From an uncultured Candidatus Saccharibacteria bacterium (GTDB lineage: Bacteria > Patescibacteriota > Minisyncoccia > Phycocordibacterales > JABMNX01): a stretch of 64,000 nucleotides of DNA. The notes under the pieces were generated by a model that was not told where the DNA came from, made no database searches, and was given only the letters and a program-made list of their open reading frames with translations. Location of the stretch: the NCBI GenBank assembly GCA_964575755.1, contig CAZNRH010000003.1, positions 2,303 to 66,302 of the forward strand. Reading direction: 5' to 3'. Position 1 is the stretch's first letter; every line of letters starts with the position of its first letter. A program made the position numbers and the translations under genes. Positions 10,029 through 19,682 of the stretch are shown piece by piece.

Positions 10029-10433
10029 TTATGTATAATCTCGAATCTTATCTCCAATTTTTTTCATTTCGCCGTCTTTATACGGAGCCCCTTTCCATGG
10101 AAGAAATCCATCTTCGTCGTGGCGAGGAATGATATGCACATGAGTATGGAATACTTCTTGAAACGCCGACGCTTCATTATTCATATATACGTTTACTCCA
10201 GTTGCTCCCATGGATTCTTTGATAACAGGAGCAAGTTTGCGTACAGTGTCCATAAGAGCTACCCAATCTTCTTCTTTAATATCGAGAATATTTCGTGAAT
10301 GCACCTTAGGAATTACGAGCGTATGCCCGGGGTTATTAGGGTTAATCTCAAGAAATGCATATGTTTTGTCATCCTCATATATTTTTTCAGAGGGGATGTC
10401 GCCCTTAATAATTTTTAAAAACAAATCATTCAT
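10029..10433 (-). CDS. HIT family nucleotide hydrolase
   Basis: FLKII.G.IP, PGHTLVIPK, HTHVHIIPR histidine triad. Confidence 0.93.
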   Translation of the reverse strand: MNDLFLKIIKGDIPSEKIYEDDKTYAFLEINPNNPGHTLVIPKVHSRNILDIKEEDWVALMDTVRKLAPVIKESMGATGVNVYMNNEASAFQEVFHTHVHIIPRHDEDGFLPWKGAPYKDGEMKKIGDKIRDYT

Positions 10434-10491
10434 ATATATGATTGTATGCTAGAATTCGTGAAAACCCAAGATTTAAAAACATATAGATATA

Positions 10492-12213
10492 ATGAGCCCC
10501 TATACAATCAAAGAAACCTATAAAGAGAAAGACAAAAAAGAGTTGGAGATGTACCCAGAGTTACTTCAAGAGCTTTTAATAAATAAAGGAATAACAACGA
10601 AAAAAGAAGCTGATATATTTCTAAACCCAGATTATGTTAAACATCTTCACGATCCATTTCTTATAAAAGACATGGACAAGGTTGTGGATAGGATACTACA
10701 GGCAATTTCCAAAAAAGAAAAAATAGTAATCTATAGCGATTACGATTGTGATGGAATCCCAGGAGGGGTGTTACTACACGACTTCTTTAAGAAGATAGAA
10801 TACGAAAACTTTACAAATTATATTCCACACAGACATGATGAAGGGTATGGTCTTAATATCTCTGCAGTAGAAGAGTTTGGAAAAGATAACGCAAAGATTT
10901 TAATTACTGTAGATTGTGGTATCACAGACATAGTGCCAGTTGAAAAAGCGAACGAGTTTGGAATAGATGTAATAATCACAGATCACCACGTCCCTGGGGC
11001 AGACTTACCAAAAGCTTTTGCAATATTAAACTCAAAACAAAAGGGTGATACATACCCATACGACATGCTTTGCGGTACAAGTGTCGCATTTAAGTTAGTG
11101 CAGGCACTTATAGAAAAAGCTGGCAGAGTTAATAGCGGTGTAGGCTTTAATATAAAAGAAGGATGGGAAAAATGGCTCCTTGATATGGTTGGGCTCGCAA
11201 CAATAGCCGATATGGTTCCGCTCACAGGAGAGAACCGTGTTTTAGCCCACTATGGGTTACGTGTACTTCGTAAATCAAGGCGCCCAGGGCTTATGCAGTT
11301 ATGCAGAAAGATGTATATACAACAGAGGAATATAACAGAGGACGATGTTGGTTTTATGATAGTCCCGAGGATAAATGCAGCATCTCGCATGGGAATACCA
11401 ATGGACGCCTTTAACTTACTCTCCACTAAAGATGAAGTAGAGGCTGGAGCGCTTTCAACTCACTTAGATAAAATTAATAACAAGAGAAAGGGTGTGGTTG
11501 GAGCAATAACACGAGAAGTCAAAAAGCGGATAGACGAAGATAATCTAAAAGGTGTGATAGTTATGGGTAATCCAGACTGGAAGCCACCTCTACTTGGTAT
11601 TGTTGCGAACAATGTATCTGAGTTATATAAAAGACCAGTATTTTTATGGGGCAGAGATGGTGGAGAGCACCTTAAAGGGTCATGCAGGTCTGGAAACATA
11701 ATGGACGTTATGGAATTAATGTTAAAAGTAGAGAAAGGTTTGTTTTTGGAGTTTGGTGGGCATGCCTTTTCAGGAGGGTTCTCAGTTAAACACGAAAAGA
11801 TTCATGAACTAGAAGAAGGGCTTCTAAAAGCCTATAAGAAGATGGATAAGAACAAAGAGCCAGAACCAATGAGTGTAGACAAGAAGCTCTCGCTAGACGA
11901 CGTGAGCTGGGATACATACAGTGTGTTAGAGAAGCTAGCACCATTTGGACAAGGTAATAAGAAACCATTATTTCTTTTTGAGAACATAACGATAGAAGAC
12001 GTCAGAGATTTTGGTAAAGATAAAAACCATTTACAAATCGACTTTAAGAAGAAGTCAGGAGGTAAAGTATCAGCAATAGGTTTTTTCAAAACAATAAACG
12101 ACTTTGGCGATAAACTAAAAGAAAGGAATAAGATTGATCTTATAGCAACGATAGATAAATCAACCTTTAGAAACATCATAGAGCTCCGTCTACGTATAGT
12201 AGAAATACTTTAA
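10492..12213 (+). CDS. recJ: single-stranded DNA exonuclease RecJ
   Basis: DYDCDG, EGYG, TVDCG, TDHH, TIADMVPL, PRINA, GGH, PFG.GN. Confidence 0.95.
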   Translation: MSPYTIKETYKEKDKKELEMYPELLQELLINKGITTKKEADIFLNPDYVKHLHDPFLIKDMDKVVDRILQAISKKEKIVIYSDYDCDGIPGGVLLHDFFKKIEYENFTNYIPHRHDEGYGLNISAVEEFGKDNAKILITVDCGITDIVPVEKANEFGIDVIITDHHVPGADLPKAFAILNSKQKGDTYPYDMLCGTSVAFKLVQALIEKAGRVNSGVGFNIKEGWEKWLLDMVGLATIADMVPLTGENRVLAHYGLRVLRKSRRPGLMQLCRKMYIQQRNITEDDVGFMIVPRINAASRMGIPMDAFNLLSTKDEVEAGALSTHLDKINNKRKGVVGAITREVKKRIDEDNLKGVIVMGNPDWKPPLLGIVANNVSELYKRPVFLWGRDGGEHLKGSCRSGNIMDVMELMLKVEKGLFLEFGGHAFSGGFSVKHEKIHELEEGLLKAYKKMDKNKEPEPMSVDKKLSLDDVSWDTYSVLEKLAPFGQGNKKPLFLFENITIEDVRDFGKDKNHLQIDFKKKSGGKVSAIGFFKTINDFGDKLKERNKIDLIATIDKSTFRNIIELRLRIVEIL

Positions 12214-12264
12214 AATAATTATCCTCCACATAAACACTTACCACAATAGCGCATCGACAACATG

Positions 12265-12294
12265 ACGAATAGTTCGGTTAACCGAACTATTCGT
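12265..12294. promoter_or_regulatory. perfect 30-bp palindrome just upstream of an extended -10 (TGGTAGTAT); candidate operator or recombination site
   Basis: ACGAATAGTTCGGTT|AACCGAACTATTCGT. Confidence 0.75.
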
Positions 12295-12308
12295 GGTAGT
12301 ATAAGAGC

Positions 12309-12719
12309 ATGACTTATGTGTCAAAAGGACCTCTTAAAAGTGATATAAAGAAACGCTTAGATAAACAATTTGTTAATACTATTGTATCGCTACGTACCAC
12401 TTCTGGTGGTAAGAACTTTATTTCAGAACTTTTAACAGAATCAGAACAAATAATGCTTGCAAAGCGTTTGATGATGATCTTTATGATTGCAGAAGGCGTG
12501 TCGCAATATAAAATAAAATATTTATTACAAGTCAGCTCTTCTACTGTCTCGCATATAGCGTCAAGGCTTGATTCAGGGGCATATAAACATATAAAGAAAG
12601 ATTGTAGAAGTAAAAGAAATCGTCAGACTTTTTGGGATGAGTTAGAGATTATAGTTAGGCTTGGCATGCCTTCTATGGGCAAGAGACGTTGGGATTGGCT
12701 TGATGGATTATACGAATAG
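12309..12719 (+). CDS. TrpR/YerC-YecD-like helix-turn-helix protein
   Basis: LLT.SE..MLAKRL, S.Y.I...L.VSSSTV..I motif typical of Trp-repressor-like proteins. Confidence 0.8.
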   Translation: MTYVSKGPLKSDIKKRLDKQFVNTIVSLRTTSGGKNFISELLTESEQIMLAKRLMMIFMIAEGVSQYKIKYLLQVSSSTVSHIASRLDSGAYKHIKKDCRSKRNRQTFWDELEIIVRLGMPSMGKRRWDWLDGLYE

Positions 12720-12738
12720 TTCGGTTAACCGAACTATT
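12712..12738. repeat. second copy (27 bp) of the palindrome; contains the stop codon of the TrpR-like gene
   Basis: ACGAATAGTTCGGTTAACCGAACTATT is identical to 12265..12291. Confidence 0.9.
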
Positions 12739-12765
12739 GGAGTGTGTGATATACTTTGCAATATT

Positions 12766-13179
12766 ATGCAGAAGATAATCATTTATACAGACGGTGGTGC
12801 ACGCAACAATCCTGGACCAGCTGGAGCTGGAGCCATTATTTTTGACGAAAGTGGTGAAGTGCTTAAAGAAGCATCGAGATATCTAGGGGAGAGGACGAAT
12901 AATTGGGCTGAATATGAGGCGGTTATTCTTGGTTTCGAAGAAGCAAAGAAGCTTGGGTTAAATGAAAGAGTAATCGAATTTAAAGTTGATAGTCAGTTGA
13001 TACAACAACAACTTTTAGGAAATTATAGGGTCAAAGAACCTGCTTTACGTGAACAATTTACCAAAGTAAGAAATTTTCAAGAGAAAGATTTCCCTAACAT
13101 AACCTTTACTCACATCCCTAGAGAAGAAAACAAAGATGCAGATCGCCTAGCAAACGAAGCAATGGATAGAGGGGAATAG
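12766..13179 (+). CDS. rnhA: ribonuclease HI family protein
   Basis: YTDGGARNNPGPAG, TNN.AEY.A, DSQL, HIPREEN..AD.LAN. Confidence 0.92.
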   Translation: MQKIIIYTDGGARNNPGPAGAGAIIFDESGEVLKEASRYLGERTNNWAEYEAVILGFEEAKKLGLNERVIEFKVDSQLIQQQLLGNYRVKEPALREQFTKVRNFQEKDFPNITFTHIPREENKDADRLANEAMDRGE

Positions 13180-13202
13180 AAGCAAATATATATGGATAAT
13201 AT

Positions 13203-14684
13203 ATGAAGAATATCGTCTACCTTATTGTTGGTGGGTTTGTTACGGGAGTGTTTTGGCGCTCCTTTTTTGATTTCGGGGTGGAATTCTCCGTATTCGTACT
13301 TAGTTTAGGTGCTGTGGTTTTATTAATGTCGTTTATTTTAAAAAGTAGACGGAATGTGTTGCTTGTTGTTATTTTTATTATTTCCGCAGCATTTGGATTG
13401 TTACGATACGATGTTGCGAACATACATCAAGGTAGTGCGGTGGTAGATAGTTTTGTCAACAAAACTATTCTTGCAGAGGGTATTGTAATAGATGAGCCAG
13501 ATGTGCGAGAGAGAAGCACAAACTACACGATTAAGTTACAAAGTGTTTCTGGAGTAGAGGTTTCAGAGAAGGTGCGTATTGTAGCCAATTCATATCCTCA
13601 GCTTACGTATGGAGATAAAGTTGTGGTGTCAGGTGAACTGCAAAAACCAAAAGGCTTTACAACAGATACTGGGAAATATTTTGACTATGCATCTTTTCTA
13701 TCTAAAGATGATATTTTTTACCAGGTGTTATTCCCTGAATTAGAGTTTGTGTCAGGAGGTCATGGAAATGTTATAAAACAATATTTATTTAGTTTTAAAA
13801 ATGCTTTTCTTTCTAAAATTCAGAGATTGATTCCAGATCCGCAAGTAGCTTTGCTTGGAGGATTGGTAGTTGGCGCTAAACAGTCATTAGGGGAAGAACT
13901 TCAAGATAATTTCCGTACCACTGGAATTATTCATATCGTTGTGTTGTCTGGATACAATGTGACAATTGTTGCAGAAGCCATCATGAGAACTTTTGCATTT
14001 CTTCCAAGACTAGCTGGCATGTCGCTTGGTGTAGTATCGATAGTATTATTTGCTCTTATTACAGGAGCGTCGGCAACTATAGTGCGCGCGAGTATTATGG
14101 CACTGTTTGTAATTTTGGCGCGAGCTACTGGCAGAACTTATGGCATGACGCAAGCATTACTTGTTGCTGGCTTTCTAATGGTCTTACATAATCCAAAGAT
14201 TTTAGTTTATGATGCGTCGTTCCAGCTTTCTTTTCTAGCAACTATTGGTTTGATACATTTTTCTCCTCTTCTTGATAGATATGTATCGTTTGTTCCTTCA
14301 AAGTTGCAGTTTCGAGAGTTTGCAACAGCTACAATAGCAACACAGATTTTTGTACTACCTCTTTTGTTATATAAAATAGGCGAGCTGTCTTTGGTTGCGC
14401 TCCCTGTAAACTTACTGGTACTTATTACAGTGCCAATAACGATGCTTTTCGGATTTCTTGCTGGAATTATCTCATTCGTAAGTTTTTTTCTCGCAACCCC
14501 ATTTGCGTTTATTGCTTACGTATTACTTACATACCAACTCAAAGTGGTCGAGTTGTTTGCAAATGTACCTTTTGCTTCAGTTAAAATTAGCACATTCCCA
14601 CTGTGGCTTATGCTTTTATTTTACGCTGTATATGCAATCATTTTGTGGAAGATTTACAGGAAAACTATTAACTCAATAACATAA
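13203..14684 (+). CDS. comEC: ComEC/Rec2 competence channel (OB plus membrane domain, no MBL domain)
   Basis: G..HIVVLSGYN, SFQLSFLAT, multiple TM helices. Confidence 0.92.
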   Translation: MKNIVYLIVGGFVTGVFWRSFFDFGVEFSVFVLSLGAVVLLMSFILKSRRNVLLVVIFIISAAFGLLRYDVANIHQGSAVVDSFVNKTILAEGIVIDEPDVRERSTNYTIKLQSVSGVEVSEKVRIVANSYPQLTYGDKVVVSGELQKPKGFTTDTGKYFDYASFLSKDDIFYQVLFPELEFVSGGHGNVIKQYLFSFKNAFLSKIQRLIPDPQVALLGGLVVGAKQSLGEELQDNFRTTGIIHIVVLSGYNVTIVAEAIMRTFAFLPRLAGMSLGVVSIVLFALITGASATIVRASIMALFVILARATGRTYGMTQALLVAGFLMVLHNPKILVYDASFQLSFLATIGLIHFSPLLDRYVSFVPSKLQFREFATATIATQIFVLPLLLYKIGELSLVALPVNLLVLITVPITMLFGFLAGIISFVSFFLATPFAFIAYVLLTYQLKVVELFANVPFASVKISTFPLWLMLLFYAVYAIILWKIYRKTINSIT

Positions 14685-14782
14685 TACATAGATTGTTTTC
14701 CACGCACTACGCAGGTTTTTCTTTAAGAACGCTAGTATACTATGTATACAGGTCGTAATTGTTACTTTTTATGTTAAACAAT

Positions 14783-15037
14783 ATGTCAACACAGACGATA
14801 GCTATCGGAGGAGTTGTTGCGATTGCACTTGCGGGTACTGGGATGTACATGGCGCAAAATAGAATCGAAATTTGCCATGTGACTAGTGATTCTAGTAAAC
14901 CTTGGAATATAATTACTGTAAGTGAGCGTGCGTGGGAATCAAAACACGAAGCTCATGGTGATAAATATCCTGTTCCAGCAGGAGGCTGTGATGCAGACAC
15001 AGGAGTAGGTCCACCACCACCAGGAGGAGAGAGTTAA
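14783..15037 (+). CDS. small membrane-anchored protein with an ICH...H..HGD..G.C motif
   Basis: N-terminal hydrophobic stretch; IEICHV...KHEAHGD..GGC; upstream -10 (TATACT). Confidence 0.65.
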   Translation: MSTQTIAIGGVVAIALAGTGMYMAQNRIEICHVTSDSSKPWNIITVSERAWESKHEAHGDKYPVPAGGCDADTGVGPPPPGGES

Positions 15038-15045
15038 GATTTCTT

Positions 15046-15083
15046 ACAAAAAAACACCACGGGTTACTGTGGTGTTTTTTTGT
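15046..15083. terminator. bidirectional intrinsic terminator
   Basis: A7-CACCACGG loop CTGTGGTG-T7 between convergent genes. Confidence 0.8.
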
Positions 15084-15092
15084 ATATATTTT

Positions 15093-15677
15093 TTACTTTG
15101 CTTTACTAAACCCCTTTTCAACGACACTCCAATTTAGGTTTGAAAGAAAGACGTCGATGTATTTTCCTTTATCTGCTGGTACGTAGTCCACCATAAATGC
15201 GTGTTCCCACATATCCATAGCAATAAGTATAGGAAGTCCTGAAAGCGTGCCAACTTCATGGTTTCCAACCCATGTTACGTGAGGAGTCTTTGCTTTGTTG
15301 TCCCAATACAAAACAGTCCACCCGATACCGCGACTCATTCCAACAGCTTTGAAGTGTGAAATAAAATCCTCAAAACTTCCGTACTTTGCACTGAGTACGC
15401 TTTTTAAATCTTCGTCCTGGATTTCCTTAGAGCCGTTTTCTAGTCCCTCAAAGTAGTATTCATGCATACGCATGCCGTCAAACTCAAAACTAAATCGTCG
15501 GCGTAGCTCTGCAATGATGTACGCGTTTTTTTCTTTGCCTGTTTCTAATTCGTGAATTTTTTCTTGGATAAGATTTACATGTTTCACGTACCCTGAGTAG
15601 AGCCCAAGATGCACCTCTATTTGTTTTTCTGATATACCAGAGAGGTTCTCAAGACTAAATTGTTTTTCTTTATACAT
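15093..15677 (-). CDS. sod: Fe/Mn superoxide dismutase family protein
   Basis: H..LY.GYV, HEYYF, G.GW, MDMWEHAF..DY, N.NW. Confidence 0.9.
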   Translation of the reverse strand: MYKEKQFSLENLSGISEKQIEVHLGLYSGYVKHVNLIQEKIHELETGKEKNAYIIAELRRRFSFEFDGMRMHEYYFEGLENGSKEIQDEDLKSVLSAKYGSFEDFISHFKAVGMSRGIGWTVLYWDNKAKTPHVTWVGNHEVGTLSGLPILIAMDMWEHAFMVDYVPADKGKYIDVFLSNLNWSVVEKGFSKAK

Positions 15678-15748
15678 AATATATTTTGTTAGTTATTTAT
15701 TTTTAGTATACCAAATTAATATTTTTATGTTTATGATATGATTTTTAC

Positions 15749-16606
15749 ATGAAGTTTTTTCGTACATTTATGGGACCGATAATTGTTGGTCTTTTTGTTT
15801 TCATAAATATTTTTATTTGGTCTTCTGTATTTGCTAGTGAACACGATAGGCTACTTACTATTGCATTTCTTGATGTGGGACAAGGTGACGCCATCTACAT
15901 CGAGGCTCCAAATGGCAATCAGATACTTGTAGATGGTGGCTCTAACTCTGCTGTAATAAGAGAGCTTGGTAAGGTTATGTCGTTTTCTGATCGTACTATT
16001 GATGTAATTGTGGCGACACACCCTGACAAAGACCATATAGCTGGACTTATAGATGTATTTAAGCGCTTTGAAGTTAGTATGTATTTTGACCCTGGAGTTA
16101 ATCCTAGTACTGGAGAATATAAAACGCTTCTAGATATGGTTGAAAGAGAGGGAGTCCGAACGACGATTGCGCGTCGTGGCACAAAGATAGTATTAGGCGA
16201 CGGAGTGTACGCAGAAATATTATTTCCTGATAGAAATGTAAGTAATGTAGAGAGTAACCTAGCTTCGATTGTACTAAAGGTGGTGTATGGAGAGACAGAG
16301 GTGATGCTTACAGGTGACTCCCCAAAAAGTATTGAGAAATATTTAGTATCAATCGATGGAAATAATTTAGAGAGCAATTTATTAAAAGCAGGTCATCATG
16401 GTTCTAAAACTTCCAGCGCGGAGAGTTTTATTGGCTTTGTAAATCCTAAGTATGTAATTATCTCGGCTGGTAAAGATAATAGGTATGGGCATCCACACAA
16501 AGAAGTTTTAGATATATTTAAAAGGTTTGGTATTGAGACGGTAAGTACAGCAGAGCACGGAACTATCATTTTTACATCAAATGGTGATAAATTCACTATA
16601 GAATAG
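15749..16606 (+). CDS. stand-alone ComEC-type metallo-beta-lactamase-fold nuclease
   Basis: FLDVGQGDA, THPDKDHI.G, LTGD, GHHGS.TSS, NRYGHPH. Confidence 0.9.
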   Translation: MKFFRTFMGPIIVGLFVFINIFIWSSVFASEHDRLLTIAFLDVGQGDAIYIEAPNGNQILVDGGSNSAVIRELGKVMSFSDRTIDVIVATHPDKDHIAGLIDVFKRFEVSMYFDPGVNPSTGEYKTLLDMVEREGVRTTIARRGTKIVLGDGVYAEILFPDRNVSNVESNLASIVLKVVYGETEVMLTGDSPKSIEKYLVSIDGNNLESNLLKAGHHGSKTSSAESFIGFVNPKYVIISAGKDNRYGHPHKEVLDIFKRFGIETVSTAEHGTIIFTSNGDKFTIE

Positions 16607-16657
16607 GTTTCAAAAAACTCGCATAGAGTGTGCTAAACGCAACTAGAGTCAGCAAGA

Positions 16658-16784
16658 CTAGAACTTACAAAGTTAGATGCAATTCAAGGAGTAAACAAAA
16701 AATCCTACGAGTTGAACGTATTGGTTCATCGAGTAGGATTTTTTGTGCAACGACAAAGTAGTGCGCTAACTATGAATGTTCTAG
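16658..16784 (-). mobile_element. stop-codon-anchored hairpin element, copy 2 (after rpmB)
   Basis: Minus strand CTAGAAC..AGTTAG ... CTAACT..GTTCTAG; inner stem ACAAAAAATCCTAC/GTAGGATTTTTTGT. Confidence 0.7.
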
Positions 16785-17023
16785 ATGAGGCCGGCTTTTT
16801 TGAGGGTCTTATAGGCCCCATTTTTGTTAATAGTCCTTATTGCTTTGGTTGAGAGCGTAAGAATCATTTTCTTACCTAACTCTGGTATAAAAATAGTTTT
16901 CTTTTGTAGGTTTGCGTAGCGACGGAACTTCTTACCTGGTATGTAAAAGTTAGCACGAAAACGGTTAACTCGTGTCTGAGCCATTTTTGAACTTTTACCT
17001 GTTATTGGACATACTTTTACCAT
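16781..17023 (-). CDS. rpmB: 50S ribosomal protein bL28
   Basis: MVKVCPITGK, R.Y.NLQ, L.LSTKAIRTI.K.G. Confidence 0.88.
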   Translation of the reverse strand: MVKVCPITGKSSKMAQTRVNRFRANFYIPGKKFRRYANLQKKTIFIPELGKKMILTLSTKAIRTINKNGAYKTLKKAGLI

Positions 17024-17120
17024 ATTTATTTGAGTCGTTGCTATGGTATCATTACTGAACTGTCTATGCAAATACTTTTTTTATCTTTCAGTTATTAATG
17101 AACAACTTAACAACTAACTC

Positions 17121-17768
17121 ATGTCTATAGAAATTCTTTTTGTTATTTTAATACTTATTATGTCTGTCGTAATCCATGAAGTAGCACATGGGTACACCGC
17201 TAATATACTTGGCGACCCTACTGCACGCATGGCAGGGCGTTTAACACTTAATCCCCTAAAGCACATTGATCTTATGGGCTCTATTATAATCCCAGGACTT
17301 CTCGTGCTCACAAGTTCACCATTTTTATTTGGATACGCTAAACCTGTTCCATACAATCCATATAATTTACGGAAATATGCATTAGGTCAAAGGTGGGGGG
17401 AAGCAATAGTCTCGCTAGCTGGTCCTGCCAGCAACATGTTCATTGCACTTGTTTTTGGGTTAATTATTAGATTTGGCTCAAATCTTAGTTTTGTAAACTC
17501 TGCATTTATTGAAATAAGTTCAATAGTTGTATTTATTAATATTCTTTTGGCTGTTATTAATATGATTCCAATCCCACCACTTGATGGTTCAAAGGTTTTG
17601 GAGTCACTGCTTCCATTCCCTTTATCACAATCATATGCACGCATTCGTGCCGTTCTAGAACAAAATATATTTATGGCGTTTGGAATTGTGATTCTATTTA
17701 TTTATTTATTTGGCGGAGTGTTTGCTCGATTCGTGTATTATTTGTCATCTCTTATTATTGGATTCTAA
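17121..17768 (+). CDS. site-2 protease (peptidase M50)
   Basis: HEVAHG, GDPT...GR.TLNP..H, AGP.SN, NMIPIPPLDG. Confidence 0.93.
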   Translation: MSIEILFVILILIMSVVIHEVAHGYTANILGDPTARMAGRLTLNPLKHIDLMGSIIIPGLLVLTSSPFLFGYAKPVPYNPYNLRKYALGQRWGEAIVSLAGPASNMFIALVFGLIIRFGSNLSFVNSAFIEISSIVVFINILLAVINMIPIPPLDGSKVLESLLPFPLSQSYARIRAVLEQNIFMAFGIVILFIYLFGGVFARFVYYLSSLIIGF

Positions 17769-17799
17769 ATACAAAAAACGAATCATTTTAAGGTAAGTA

Positions 17800-17828
17800 T
17801 TGCTTTTTCTCTAACAAAATAGTAAAGT
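17800..17828 (+). promoter_or_regulatory. sigma70-type promoter of the str operon
   Basis: TTGCTT-17-TAAAGT. Confidence 0.5.
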
Positions 17829-17864
17829 ATTGGCACTGCGAATAGCAGTTTTTTGTTAAAAGAC

Positions 17865-18272
17865 ATGTCAACAATTAACCAGTTAGTTAGAAAAGCAAGA
17901 AAGCGACCAACCACTAAATCAAAAGCGGTGGCACTTACTCGTGGTTTTAATACATTAAAAAACAGACCTACTAAATACCCTTCACCATTTAAAAGAGGAG
18001 TATGTACTAAAGTAACAACAAAGACACCTAGAAAACCAAACTCAGCTATCAGGAAGATTGCTCGAGTTCGGCTTACCAACGGTATTGAAGTAACTGCGTA
18101 TATTCCAGGAGTAGGACATAATCTTCAAGAGCACGCCGTTGTACTACTGCGGGGTGGACGAGTGAAAGATATTAACGTTAGATATACCATTGTTCGAGGT
18201 AAGCTTGATGCTGAAGGAGTACAAGGGCGAAAGAGAAGCCGAAGCCGTTATGGTACTAAGAAAGAGAATTAA
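17865..18272 (+). CDS. rpsL: 30S ribosomal protein uS12
   Basis: [28 protein letters not shown]. Confidence 0.98.
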   Translation: MSTINQLVRKARKRPTTKSKAVALTRGFNTLKNRPTKYPSPFKRGVCTKVTTKTPRKPNSAIRKIARVRLTNGIEVTAYIPGVGHNLQEHAVVLLRGGRVKDINVRYTIVRGKLDAEGVQGRKRSRSRYGTKKEN

Positions 18273-18275
18273 AAT

Positions 18276-18737
18276 ATGCGACGACCACTTAAGAAAAAAA
18301 GAGAACTACAACCAGATCGTGTATACGATTCTGTTAATGTGTCAAAATTTATTAACTACGTAATGGAACGTGGTAAGAAAAATACAGCACGAAAGGTTGT
18401 ATACAATACATTCTTAGAGCTAAAGAAAAATGGAGACCCTGTTGAGATATTTGAAACAGCTTTGCGTAATGTAGAGCCTTCAATGGAAGTACGTTCAAGG
18501 CGAGTTGGTGGTGCAAACTATCAAGTTCCACGAGAGGTTCGTGCAGAAAGACGTTTGTCACTTTCAATGCGTTGGATACTTGCAGCTGCTAAATCACGCA
18601 AAGGTTCACCGATGCACAAGAGACTTGCAGAGGAGTTACTACTTGCAAGCAATAAAGAAGGAGAAGCAGTGAAGCGTAAGGTTAATACTCATAAGATGGC
18701 TGAGGCTAATAAGGCCTTTGCCCACTTCGCTTGGTAG
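18276..18737 (+). CDS. rpsG: 30S ribosomal protein uS7
   Basis: [28 protein letters not shown]. Confidence 0.98.
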   Translation: MRRPLKKKRELQPDRVYDSVNVSKFINYVMERGKKNTARKVVYNTFLELKKNGDPVEIFETALRNVEPSMEVRSRRVGGANYQVPREVRAERRLSLSMRWILAAAKSRKGSPMHKRLAEELLLASNKEGEAVKRKVNTHKMAEANKAFAHFAW

Positions 18738-18864
18738 CAAACTTTCAGATTTGGCGCATTTCGTTGTTGCTCTACTAAAAAAGACGCTCGTCGTATTTTC
18801 AATACGTCTCGTGTCTTTTTTCTTGCGCGCCTAGAACTGCACTTAAATCTGAATGCTTGCTCTA
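18735..18864 (+). mobile_element. stop-codon-anchored hairpin element, copy 3 (after rpsG)
   Basis: AGCAA..TTCAGATTT ... AAATCTGAA..TTGCT; apical CGTATT-TTC-AATACG. Confidence 0.7.
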
Positions 18865-18986
18865 TGATTACTTCTAGAGATTTTTTATTTTATACATAAA
18901 ACTCATTGACCCTATTAAAGACTTGACGTGGGTATATTTATTTAGTATAAATTATTTAGATATTTCAACTCTGGGGAGTAAGAACA

Positions 18987-19484
18987 ATGCTTCAGTTCGC
19001 AGAAAATTGGTCTTGGGACATTAAGGCTTTGGTTGCTGTTGGGTTGGTATTTTCATTACCCATCCTACTAATCTTCTTTGGAAAACAATACGGAATGAGA
19101 AGCGAGGTGTTTCTCTTGGCGTGGATTGTTGGAGTAAGTGTAGCTTTTATTTTTCTAACTGCGATTTCCGAGACAATGGAAATTATAGAACTGGTTAACC
19201 CTTTTGTGCCTTTCTTGTGCGTTGTCTTATTTGGAGTAATCCTCGGCGGAGTGAGTAACATCCTTATTGCTCAATCAATTGCACAGGCACCTAATCCAGG
19301 ATTACCATGGGCAATATTTTCCATCAGTACACCGCTCGCTTATCTTTTGGCTTATGCTCTTGGAAAGGTATCTCCAACAATGTTTCCTGTGTTTGAATTT
19401 AACTGGGTTAACTTTGCTGGAGTCATTGTACTTGGCATTGGACTTATAATGGTAATGTACCAAACAAATCCATCTACCAATTAA
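18987..19484 (+). CDS. hypothetical multi-pass membrane protein (DMT/EamA-like topology)
   Basis: About 5 hydrophobic segments, APNPG motif; own promoter (TTGACG...TATAAA) and GGGGAG SD. Confidence 0.65.
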   Translation: MLQFAENWSWDIKALVAVGLVFSLPILLIFFGKQYGMRSEVFLLAWIVGVSVAFIFLTAISETMEIIELVNPFVPFLCVVLFGVILGGVSNILIAQSIAQAPNPGLPWAIFSISTPLAYLLAYALGKVSPTMFPVFEFNWVNFAGVIVLGIGLIMVMYQTNPSTN

Positions 19485-19682
19485 CTCAGGAAATCTTTCA
19501 GCTAACTGGGACTCGAACGATTTGTCGTTTGAGCCCCAGTTTTTCTTTTATTATTTACTAAATTTTAATTTAATTTTTCAAAACAGGAGTTCTTTAAATG
19601 ACTACTTTCTATTTTCATATAAAAGTGATAGAACTAATACTAGATTAAGATGTAATTTATAAGACAAGGAAGGAGAATACTC

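Noticed and set aside
9791-10057. 88-aa minus-strand ORF after the HIT gene
   Set aside because: Overlaps HIT, non-ATG start and no motif; cannot be supported, though a small gene remnant is possible
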